A DNA stretch of 45,693 bases from Candidatus Parcubacteria bacterium (GTDB lineage Bacteria; Patescibacteriota; Minisyncoccia; JAHIHE01; JAGLIN01), in contig JAGLLA010000009.1 in NCBI GenBank assembly GCA_023140775.1, forward strand, positions 1-45,693, in the 5' to 3' direction. Under the pieces are notes generated by a model. That model saw nothing but the letters and a program-made list of their open reading frames with translations. It did not search any database and was not told the DNA's origin. The position numbers were made by a program, and so were the translations under genes. Of this stretch, positions 35,984-43,252 are shown one piece after another (the stretch's first letter is position 1; each line of letters opens with the position of its first letter).

Positions 35984-36580
35984 TCAAGACGCGAGTTTCT
36001 CAATTTGAGCAATGTTTTCAAGCAATTTAGCATGATCTTTTTCGATCTCAGCAAGTCCAGAAAAGATATCTTTGACTCTTTGTTCAGTTGCTTTATGGAA
36101 TGAATCTAGATAAAATTTTGTAGCCTCCCTTTCAATTTTAGTAGCCATTTCGATATTTTCACGATCTAGTCGGAAACAAATATTTTCCATGCTAGAATTT
36201 GGTCTTTGAATTTTTAAGGCCCTTGAAATCAACAAAACATGCTCTGTTTCAACTCTCAAGAAACCTTTGAATGTTGCTTGAATTTTTACATTATGCGTGT
36301 GAGATATTGAACATTTATAAAAACGCACACTCTCTTGTTCTAATTTGAGAGCTTTTATTAGATTCTTTCTTGATCTCTCTGAAAAAATTTCTTTATGATT
36401 TGATTGCTTCCAATCTTTGGCAAGTATTATATGATGATCATGCGCACCACAAAATGGACAAGTAGATGATTTGTGTTCGGCAAAAATAATCTCCTCGCAA
36501 AGTATACATTTGAAAACATTTAAATGATATGTTTCTAACATTTCTATTTTTGAAAATAATAATATATGAATGATAGTCAT
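35984..36580 (-). CDS. Rubrerythrin-like ferritin-fold protein with an N-terminal Cys4 zinc-ribbon/rubredoxin-like motif
   Basis: CILCEE ... CPFCG, followed by paired E..E/ExxH helices (LEQESVRFY, ETEHVLL, EREATKFY, EIEKDHAKLL). The start is uncertain; an internal MLETYH is possible. Confidence 0.55.
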   Translation of the reverse strand: MTIIHILLFSKIEMLETYHLNVFKCILCEEIIFAEHKSSTCPFCGAHDHHIILAKDWKQSNHKEIFSERSRKNLIKALKLEQESVRFYKCSISHTHNVKIQATFKGFLRVETEHVLLISRALKIQRPNSSMENICFRLDRENIEMATKIEREATKFYLDSFHKATEQRVKDIFSGLAEIEKDHAKLLENIAQIEKLAS

Positions 36581-36642
36581 AGAATGGCCTTTTTGTCCTT
36601 CGAGAAAAAGGTATAAATACGATCTAAGGTCGAGTAGAATTT

Positions 36643-37287
36643 CTATTTATCAAAACTAAAAGCAGAAGGGCAGTCTTTTTTTAGTATGCAAGCGCTACAT
36701 TTTGGATTGCGAGCACTACAAATTGCGCGACCGTGAGAGATCAAAAGGTTAGACAGTCTTCTCCATTCATTTTGAGCGGTATGATCCATTAGATCTCTTT
36801 CTATTTTATCGGGGTTTGAATTTTGAGACAAACTAAGTCTTTGTGAAAGTCGTCGAACATGAGTATCGACTGCAATGCCTTCGTTTTTTCCAAAAGCTTC
36901 TGAAAGGATGACATTCGCAGTTTTTCTGGCTACTCCCGGAAGAAGGATTAACTTTTCCATCTTATCTGGTATTCGAGAATGAAACTTCTCAACGATCATT
37001 TTTGAAGCGGCAATGATATTTTTTGATTTATTTCTGAAAAAACCAGTAGTCCTGATGCTTTTTTCAAATTCACCGGGGCTGACTTTTGCATAATCACTAA
37101 CTTTTTTATATTTTTTGAATAGATCTTTTGTGACCTCGTTTACTCTTTTGTCGGTACATTGCGCAGAAAGAATCGTGGCCACGAGAAGCTGATGATTTGT
37201 CTTATAATGCAATGCTGTTTTGGGATTCTTGTATTTAGTGTTTAAAAGGTTTATGATTTTTTTTATTCTTTTTTTATTTTCTGACAT
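36643..37287 (-). CDS. nth: Endonuclease III (DNA glycosylase/AP lyase)
   Basis: LVATILSAQCTDKRVN, an HhH-GPD motif (LPGVARKTANVIL, VDTHVRR) and a C-terminal CxxxxxxCxxCxxxxxC Fe-S cluster loop. Confidence 0.93.
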   Translation of the reverse strand: MSENKKRIKKIINLLNTKYKNPKTALHYKTNHQLLVATILSAQCTDKRVNEVTKDLFKKYKKVSDYAKVSPGEFEKSIRTTGFFRNKSKNIIAASKMIVEKFHSRIPDKMEKLILLPGVARKTANVILSEAFGKNEGIAVDTHVRRLSQRLSLSQNSNPDKIERDLMDHTAQNEWRRLSNLLISHGRAICSARNPKCSACILKKDCPSAFSFDK

Positions 37288-37363
37288 ATATTTAATTTAT
37301 TGTTTATTAAATTGCCATGTTGATTTGATAAAAAATTCTTGTTTGTGTTGAATGAAAATGTGA

Positions 37364-37437
37364 TGGTGGACTCACCAGGAATTGAACCAAGAACTCGGCA
37401 ATACAATTGCCGTGTAATGCCATTTTACTATGAGCCC
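37364..37437 (-). tRNA. tRNA-Thr (anticodon TGT) with encoded CCA
   Basis: Acceptor GGGCTCA/TGAGTCC, D stem GTAA/TTAC, anticodon stem CGGCA/TGCCG with loop ATTGTAT, 3' ACCA. There is one T-T mismatch in the T stem. Confidence 0.8.
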
Positions 37438-37582
37438 GAAATTTCTGTGTCATTTCATAAATTCGCCGGCTGGCGACGAAGATCGATCTACAAGCCTTAC
37501 TGATTGCACTTTTAACACTTTTAGATTTCTTAAATATTTTAGTCTGTCGTATGGCAACATAGATATTATTTTTATATAGAAG

Positions 37583-38176
37583 TTATACAACTAATGACAT
37601 AAAATAAGGAGTTATATATGCCTCAATTAGAGCCGCGAAGAATAAAAGGGGAATGAGGACAAATATATAAAATCTTAAAGCCTTGGTGAATTCCACAAGA
37701 AGATCCCCTTTTTTCCCAAATAATTTCCAAACTGTAATCTTTCCAATTTTTAGGCTTACTGCGGTAGCTAAAACGAGAACAGGAATTTCAATGATACCGT
37801 GAGGAGCAATACCAAGAATAAAAAATTCCCATGAGATCATACTAGACGAAACTTGAGCAAAAATACCGAGAACAAATCCATTTACAAGTATAAAGAACAA
37901 TGCAAAAAGTCCTGCAAAAAGTCCCAAGGGTAATAAGAGAAGTATCTTACTTGCATTATTCTCAAAGATAAACAAGAATATTCGATATGACGTCGTATTT
38001 TCTTCAATTGGAAAATAGGATTCAATATTTCTCAAAAATTTTGCTATCTCCTCAGGATTATTTTGAGCGAATACAAATCCAAAAACAATTGAAATCAAGA
38101 AAAGATAAGCAGAAAATACAATATAAGGCTTGATGCCGATTATATATTTTCTAATTTCTTTGATGTTCATAGGCAA
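37583..38176 (-). CDS. SpoIIM-like (stage II sporulation protein M family) membrane protein
   Basis: 197 aa, about 5 TM segments, with FENNASKILL ... VNGFVLG ... PHGIIEIPVL motifs typical of the family. Confidence 0.6.
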   Translation of the reverse strand: MPMNIKEIRKYIIGIKPYIVFSAYLFLISIVFGFVFAQNNPEEIAKFLRNIESYFPIEENTTSYRIFLFIFENNASKILLLLPLGLFAGLFALFFILVNGFVLGIFAQVSSSMISWEFFILGIAPHGIIEIPVLVLATAVSLKIGKITVWKLFGKKGDLLVEFTKALRFYIFVLIPLLFFAALIEAYITPYFMSLVV

Positions 38177-38222
38177 GATTAATTATACTTATATTATATC
38201 ACAAAATTATAATTATGCTATT

Positions 38223-38249
38223 AAAATAAAAACCCAAGTTTGACTTGGG
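38223..38249 (-). terminator. Rho-independent terminator (minus strand)
   Basis: The minus strand reads CCCAAGT-caa-ACTTGGG then tttttatttt. Confidence 0.75.
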
Positions 38250-38278
38250 AGAAATGCTTAATAATGTTTTTCATATTA

Positions 38279-38362
38279 TCAAACACTAAATTTCCAACCT
38301 ACGAACAAAATTCCGTGGCTAATAATAATGCTAATAATACTTTGCTGATTGTTTGAGTTCAT
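38279..38362 (-). CDS. Small ORF P1 (27 aa, MNSNNQQSIISIIISHGILFVGWKFSV), hydrophobic C-terminal half
   Basis: ATG to TGA, followed within 30 nt by an intrinsic terminator. It shares the N-terminal M-x3-N-x-Q-S pattern with P2 and P3. It has no Shine-Dalgarno site. Confidence 0.35.
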   Translation of the reverse strand: MNSNNQQSIISIIISHGILFVGWKFSV

Positions 38363-38411
38363 ATTTAAATGTTGATTATTACGAATAAAAGGAGGAATAA
38401 ATTTATTAATG

Positions 38412-38492
38412 TTATTTTTTATGCTCTATCAGTTTAGGATGTTTTAATAAACATATTTTAAATAACCTTTCAGTCAATTCTTGAAATGTCAT
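38412..38492 (-). CDS. Small ORF S1 (26 aa, MTFQELTERLFKICLLKHPKLIEHKK)
   Basis: Strong Shine-Dalgarno site: AGAGGAGGGcaacaATG. Confidence 0.45.
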   Translation of the reverse strand: MTFQELTERLFKICLLKHPKLIEHKK

Positions 38493-38532
38493 TGTTGCCC
38501 TCCTCTTGTTGTTTATATTATTTTAATATAAT

Positions 38533-38561
38533 TTGTGTATATAAATATTTTATATACACAA
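38533..38561. promoter_or_regulatory. Perfect 29-bp palindrome (13-bp arms, 3-nt centre), candidate operator
   Basis: TTGTGTATATAAA-tat-TTTATATACACAA lies about 40 nt upstream of the S1 start on the minus strand. Confidence 0.5.
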
Positions 38562-38599
38562 GCTATTTTAAAATAAACTTGTTTGAATAAATGGAGAAG

Positions 38600-38640
38600 G
38601 AGAAGCTATATTTTTTGCGTTGTTTCGCATTGAGCTTCTC
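38600..38640. other. Hairpin between small ORFs S2 and S1
   Basis: GAGAAGCT ... AGCTTCTC (8 bp) encloses GCG-ttgttt-CGC. Confidence 0.5.
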
Positions 38641-38672
38641 ACTTCAAGGAGAAAAATACTAAACCCATAAAA

Positions 38673-38795
38673 TCAACCTCTGCTACTATTATGACTTGCC
38701 TCAGAGTTAAGCACGCTCGACGCATTGATTACGTATTGCTCATCTGGATCTTTAAAATATGGTATTTTTCTAGCTCCTTCGATTTCACTACACAT
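38673..38795 (-). CDS. Small ORF S2 (40 aa, MCSEIEGARKIPYFKDPDEQYVINASSVLNSEASHNSSRG)
   Basis: Shine-Dalgarno site GAGGAGataaactATG. The protein is hydrophilic. It is antisense to the less plausible + ORF 38691..38933. Confidence 0.45.
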   Translation of the reverse strand: MCSEIEGARKIPYFKDPDEQYVINASSVLNSEASHNSSRG

Positions 38796-39040
38796 AGTTT
38801 ATCTCCTCTGTCTCTTTTCGTGTCTAATTTAAGAGACAATTCATGTTTACAAATATTTATAAACACAAATCGTCCTTTAAACTATTTCATTATCAATGAT
38901 CGTGAAGCAGATAGTGTTGCAAGAAGAGTATGAGTGATTTATATTATCACTTTTCTATTATCGAATCATACTCTCTTACAACTAGCCGTGGCTGACGACT
39001 TTATAGGACAGTGTCTAGCTTTATGATCTTTGACGGGATT

Positions 39041-39084
39041 GATATTGTCTTGATTACAGAAAATAGTTGAATCAAGACAATATC
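39041..39084. other. Perfect 15-bp-stem hairpin
   Basis: GATATTGTCTTGATT-acagaaaatagttg-AATCAAGACAATATC. Confidence 0.7.
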
Positions 39085-39186
39085 GCCAAACACCTTGAGT
39101 CCTACTGAAAATCATTTATATAACTTTATATAATAAACTTTCGGTAAGACTAAAATATTTATAATCAATAATCAATTTTTTATAAC

Positions 39187-39206
39187 AAAAAACCCACTTT
39201 CGTAGG
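39187..39206 (-). terminator. Rho-independent terminator of unit P2
   Basis: The minus strand reads CCTAC-gaaa-GTGGG then ttttttg. Confidence 0.65.
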
Positions 39207-39242
39207 TTACTTTTAGTTTCGTTTGTTTTCTTTCTCTTTTAA

Positions 39243-39350
39243 CTAAACCAAAAGCAACTTACTAATTAGTAGGTTTTTTTTCGCAATAATCACGGCACTA
39301 GTTGTCTGGAGTGAGGTATTTCCATTGGATTGTGAATTTGATGTTGTCAT
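39243..39350 (-). CDS. Small ORF P2 (35 aa, MTTSNSQSNGNTSLQTTSAVIIAKKNLLISKLLLV); alternatively part of a non-coding sRNA of about 175 nt
   Basis: It lies between a consensus promoter and a terminator. It aligns without gaps and in frame with P3 over 30 codons. It has no Shine-Dalgarno site. Confidence 0.35.
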   Translation of the reverse strand: MTTSNSQSNGNTSLQTTSAVIIAKKNLLISKLLLV

Positions 39351-39370
39351 ATGTTTTTTTAACTGGTTGC

Positions 39371-39398
39371 ATTATAGCACGCATTGAAATGTTGTCAA
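39371..39398 (-). promoter_or_regulatory. Consensus sigma70 promoter of unit P2
   Basis: The minus strand reads TTGACA-16 nt-TATAAT; the -10 element ends 20 nt upstream of the P2 ATG. Confidence 0.65.
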
Positions 39399-39889
39399 AT
39401 AATTAATTGTGGATAGATGACGGATACCAAATTAATTTATTATTTACTGTGAATTGTTGAATTAGAAGTGATGATTTTTAAATGTTAAGCATTCATTTAT
39501 GGCGACCATCACCGTAAATAATTTGCGTTAAGTTTTTTCTTGATAGTTAAATTTGTTTTTTGAAAAATTAGAGGGCATGGATAATTATCCTTAGACACAA
39601 ACTCCAGTGCGTTTTTGCTGCCCCCTAAATACGCGACGTTCTTCACCTTCACTTTCACTTTCATCCCTATCCTTACCTTTCTTTTTATTTCTTTTTTTCT
39701 CTTTCTCGCTTGGCATAATTTCACACACTCCCTTTTATTTTTGTTTCATTTGTTTATTGCATTTGAGCAATCAGTAATTTTTAAATTATTTTTAAAAACA
39801 ATTGATTGATAAAATGTCGTCTAAAAAACCTACCGCCTTAGTGATTTGCTTTTAATCTGGTTTGTTTCCTAAACAAAATTAAAAGTAAA

Positions 39890-39982
39890 TTACTTAGCTA
39901 GTAGGTCTAGTTTCACAATCACAAAAGATCCAGCTGTCTGGGATTTAATTGCTTGTGTCGATTGTGGATTTAATTTATTCAT
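39890..39982 (-). CDS. Small ORF P3 (30 aa, MNKLNPQSTQAIKSQTAGSFVIVKLDLLAK); alternatively part of a non-coding sRNA of about 175 nt
   Basis: A paralog of P2 at both nucleotide and peptide level, preceded by a consensus promoter. Its 3' region folds into long stems ending GGTAGGTTTTTT (T-run at 39823-39828). Confidence 0.35.
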   Translation of the reverse strand: MNKLNPQSTQAIKSQTAGSFVIVKLDLLAK

Positions 39983-40005
39983 ATGAATTTTCAAATTATA
40001 TCTAG

Positions 40006-40034
40006 ATAATAGCATCATTCAAAGTTACTGTCAA
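40006..40034 (-). promoter_or_regulatory. Near-consensus sigma70 promoter of unit P3
   Basis: The minus strand reads TTGACA-17 nt-TATTAT; the -10 element ends 23 nt upstream of the P3 ATG. Confidence 0.6.
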
Positions 40035-40101
40035 TGTTCCTAGAAATGTCAATTTCGCGCTTTTAAGCTAGCTTCTCGTGATAAGAAATGGTTGGGATAA
40101 T

Positions 40102-40129
40102 AAAAAGCTCCACTTGGACTAGTGGAGCT
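40102..40129 (-). terminator. Rho-independent terminator ending the response-regulator operon
   Basis: The minus strand reads AGCTCCACT-agtcca-AGTGGAGCT then ttttta, 37 nt downstream of the stop at 40166. Confidence 0.8.
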
Positions 40130-40165
40130 CTAAGCGATAAGAATTAACGTGTTGGAAGTGAGAAC

Positions 40166-41029
40166 TTATTTTTTCTTTTTTTTCTTTTCAACAATCTCTC
40201 TCACTTTTTCAATAATTTCTCCAACGGTGAAATGAGCTTTAATTATATAATCTTCTGCTCCTAGGGCAAATCCTTTTTCAATTTCGCTTGTTTGACCTAG
40301 GTTAGTAAGCATTATGACAGGAATTGATGCCTTTTCTGGAATTTCTTTGATTTTTTTCAACACTTCAAATCCATCCATTTTAGGCATAATAATGTCAAGT
40401 AATATTATTTCAGGGTCTTCTTCTTTGATCTTGGCAAGCGCTTCAACACCATCACAGGCCGAGCTAACATCAAATCCTTCTTTTTTAAATTTAGTTTCAC
40501 ATATGTCTCTTAAAAAATCATCATCTTCTGCAAGAATAACTTTCAGTCCACCCTTTTTATTCTCGTCAACTGAAATTTCTTCTTCCTCCTCTTCAATTTC
40601 CGTCTTGTCATTCTTTTCAATTACAGGCTCCCTTTTAGCTATTTTCTGAGTATTGTTGAAAAAATTAGAAACTTTTTCTAAAACTTCTGTGGGATCAAAA
40701 TCTGCTTTAATTAAATAATCAACTATATCAAATTTTTTGATCCTTTCAATTTCTACTGGTTCTCCCGAATTGGAGATAATGATCACCGGAATAGATGAAA
40801 ACTTATCATTCGCTCTCAGGTCATGCAGAACCTCAAATCCGTCTTTTATCGGCATTACTATGTCTAGTAAGATTAAATCCGGCATAAAACCGTCTTTTAT
40901 AAGATTTATTCCTTCTTCACCGTTATTGGCAACTAAAATTTCGTATCCGTTTGCTTCTAATTTCTTTTTCAAGAGACTCTGAAGAATTTCCTCGTCCTCC
41001 ATAATTATAATTTTTTTTGTCATAATCAA
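40166..41029 (-). CDS. Response regulator with two tandem receiver (REC) domains and no output domain
   Basis: Two CheY-like modules (DLILLDIVMPIKDGFEV and EIILLDIIMPKMDGFEV) joined by an acidic linker. Confidence 0.85.
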   Translation of the reverse strand: MIMTKKIIIMEDEEILQSLLKKKLEANGYEILVANNGEEGINLIKDGFMPDLILLDIVMPIKDGFEVLHDLRANDKFSSIPVIIISNSGEPVEIERIKKFDIVDYLIKADFDPTEVLEKVSNFFNNTQKIAKREPVIEKNDKTEIEEEEEEISVDENKKGGLKVILAEDDDFLRDICETKFKKEGFDVSSACDGVEALAKIKEEDPEIILLDIIMPKMDGFEVLKKIKEIPEKASIPVIMLTNLGQTSEIEKGFALGAEDYIIKAHFTVGEIIEKVREIVEKKKKKK

Positions 41030-41058
41030 AAGTTAGTATTTTATGGTTTAATTATTAT

Positions 41059-41430
41059 TTAAAATTGCTTTTCAATTTTTGCGAGAACTTCGTCTGGATC
41101 AAAATCAGTTTTGATGAGATAATCTTTTATTCCCATGTTCATAGCTCGTTCAATTTCAACGGGCTGTCCAGAATTTGATATAATTATTACAGGAATTTTG
41201 TCTAAACTTAAATCACTTGTTTGATTCATTTTTTCCATGACCTCAAACCCATCAAGTACCGGCATAATAATATCAAGTAGTATTAGATCTGGCTTTTCTT
41301 TTTCGATCAAACGAAATCCATCCTCACCATTTGTGGCCGTACAAACATCGTATCCTTTGCTCATTAATTTCTTTTTGATCAAACTTAATAGAATTTCTTC
41401 ATCTTCGATAACAAGTATTCTTTTTTTCAT
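41059..41430 (-). CDS. Single-domain (CheY-like) response regulator
   Basis: 123 aa with ILVIEDEE, DLILLDIIMPVLDGFEV, and a conserved T/S and K (IIISNSG ... DYLIK). Confidence 0.88.
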   Translation of the reverse strand: MKKRILVIEDEEILLSLIKKKLMSKGYDVCTATNGEDGFRLIEKEKPDLILLDIIMPVLDGFEVMEKMNQTSDLSLDKIPVIIISNSGQPVEIERAMNMGIKDYLIKTDFDPDEVLAKIEKQF

Positions 41431-41540
41431 ATTTTTTGCTAAAAAATTTATTTCCTATGAAAAATATCTAATTTGCTTTATTTTAAATTAATTATAACAT
41501 ATATTCTTGTTTTCGAATACTTTTTACAATTAAAATTGGT

Positions 41541-43013
41541 TTATACTACTTTTACTTTGGTTGTCGGTAATTTGAAATAAAAAGATGTATCTTTCCCTTC
41601 TTGTGAAGTGAACCATATCGTGCCATTGTGAGATTCTATTATATTTTTATTGATGAATAAACCAAGTCCAGATCCCACAGTCTCAGTTTTAACCGCATTT
41701 GCAGCTCTGAAAAATTTATTGAACATTCTTTCCTGTGCTTCTTTTGGTATGCCAATTCCTTGATTGGTAACCCTGAATTCAAGCTCCTTTTTTTTCTTGT
41801 CGTGACTTAAATTCACATTTATATCAGTTTTTGGAAAACAGTAGTTCAATGCATTCTCAATCAAATTTTGAATAACTAATTTAATTTTTTCTTTGTCGAT
41901 TTGAACCTTGGGCAGGGACGCGTCTTCCTTGAAGATAATTCTGACCTCTTTCTTTTTACATCTTAGGCTTTCTTCTTCTATGACTGCATTAACCAAATCT
42001 TCAATTTGCGTTGGCTCTAATTTTGAAATATATCTACCCTCTTCGATTCTGGAAAGGTTTAAGAGATCGTTCACCAATTCGATCATTCTTTCATTTGAGA
42101 CATTGGCTTTTTTGAGATAGGTCAATTGTTTTTCTTCTAAATCGCCAAAATCGCCGTCAATTAGTGCTGTGAGAGTCCATTTGATCGCTGACAGGGGGGT
42201 TCGCAGTTGATGCGCGGCTATTGAAACGAATTCTGTTTTAAGCGCTTGTACCTTTTTTTCTCGGGAGATGTCATGTAAAATAATGAATTTACCAATTTGC
42301 TTGTCATTGATCAAGATTGGAGAAACTGACACTTCAATAAATTCATCCTTGTCACCTATTTTCAACTCCTCTCTGAAGACATTTTTAATTTCCGATCCAA
42401 CGATATCTAAAACTGACTTAAAAGATTTGATCTTAATTAAATCGCTAACATTCTTTTTTCGGTAAGTACTCTCTTCTATTTTGCCTAAATTCAAAAATTT
42501 TATCGCCATCTCGTTAACCGCAGTTAAAACATTTTTATTGTTAAAAATCAGAATACCGTCAGACATATTTTTAATAATGGCAATAGTTTTTTCTTTTTCT
42601 GCCTGAGAAATATTTTTTTCAATTCGATAATCATCAAGAATATTCAGAAGAGCTTTTTGTGAATCTTCTAATTTTCTCGTTCTCACTCTGACTTCCTGAT
42701 CTAAGCCATCGATCATTTCTCTTAGCTGTCTGGTCTTTGCGTTTAATCTGATCTCTAAGATATCTTTTGTGTCTTCAAGTTTTCCGTTGCTTTTTTCAAG
42801 TTGATTTATTTTTTCATCAAGAGCTTCATTGATTTTTCTCAATTCTAGGTCACGCTTAAATAAGAGCTTAGAAATTTTTTCTGTCTCTGCTCTGTGTTTT
42901 TTTTCAATATCTGCCAATTGTTTTTTGGAAAATATTTTCTCATTTATTTGATCTTTTTTATGCGTTGGCATTCCATTTAAATAAAAACATAGATCTGTCG
43001 CGTCGAGTAACAA
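41541..43013 (-). CDS. Cytoplasmic sensor histidine kinase (coiled coil, PAS-like, HisKA, HATPase_c)
   Basis: H-box SIAAHQLRTPLSAIKW, N-box QNLIENALNY, and G-boxes GIGIP and GSGLGL. No TM segment. The track start is TTG; ATG at 42971 (MPTHKK) is more likely. Confidence 0.88.
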   Translation of the reverse strand: MLLDATDLCFYLNGMPTHKKDQINEKIFSKKQLADIEKKHRAETEKISKLLFKRDLELRKINEALDEKINQLEKSNGKLEDTKDILEIRLNAKTRQLREMIDGLDQEVRVRTRKLEDSQKALLNILDDYRIEKNISQAEKEKTIAIIKNMSDGILIFNNKNVLTAVNEMAIKFLNLGKIEESTYRKKNVSDLIKIKSFKSVLDIVGSEIKNVFREELKIGDKDEFIEVSVSPILINDKQIGKFIILHDISREKKVQALKTEFVSIAAHQLRTPLSAIKWTLTALIDGDFGDLEEKQLTYLKKANVSNERMIELVNDLLNLSRIEEGRYISKLEPTQIEDLVNAVIEEESLRCKKKEVRIIFKEDASLPKVQIDKEKIKLVIQNLIENALNYCFPKTDINVNLSHDKKKKELEFRVTNQGIGIPKEAQERMFNKFFRAANAVKTETVGSGLGLFINKNIIESHNGTIWFTSQEGKDTSFYFKLPTTKVKVV

Positions 43014-43143
43014 ATTCTAATCTAAATTAGTAATTCTTAAAATATATTCTAACAATAAATACGATTTACCTTAAAATTCATTTGAAGTTTTGCTAATTAG
43101 TGTTCTCGCTGTGAGGTTGTGCTCATAATCAAAACAGGTTAAC

Positions 43144-43222
43144 GAAGCAATCTTTTTCAAAAATCGATATCGATCGCAAGATTGCTTCATCTCCCTACCA
43201 TGCATCTCAGAAAAGTGAGATG
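43144..43222. other. Two hairpins in the FIST-kinase intergenic spacer
   Basis: GAAGCAATCTT ... AAGATTGCTTC (perfect 11-bp stem, loop containing the palindrome atcgatatcgat) and CATCTCA-gaaaag-TGAGATG. Confidence 0.6.
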
Positions 43223-43252
43223 TTCGTGTTTGAGAACTGAAAAAAATTATGT

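Noticed and set aside
38691-38933. Plus-strand ORF 38691..38933 (80 aa), and plus-strand ORF 39615..39809 (64 aa) in the same 2-kb region
   Set aside because: Neither has a ribosome-binding site, and both have odd composition (runs of F/T/L from pyrimidine tracts). Both are antisense to better-supported minus-strand signals: S2 with its SD site, and the purine-rich tract.
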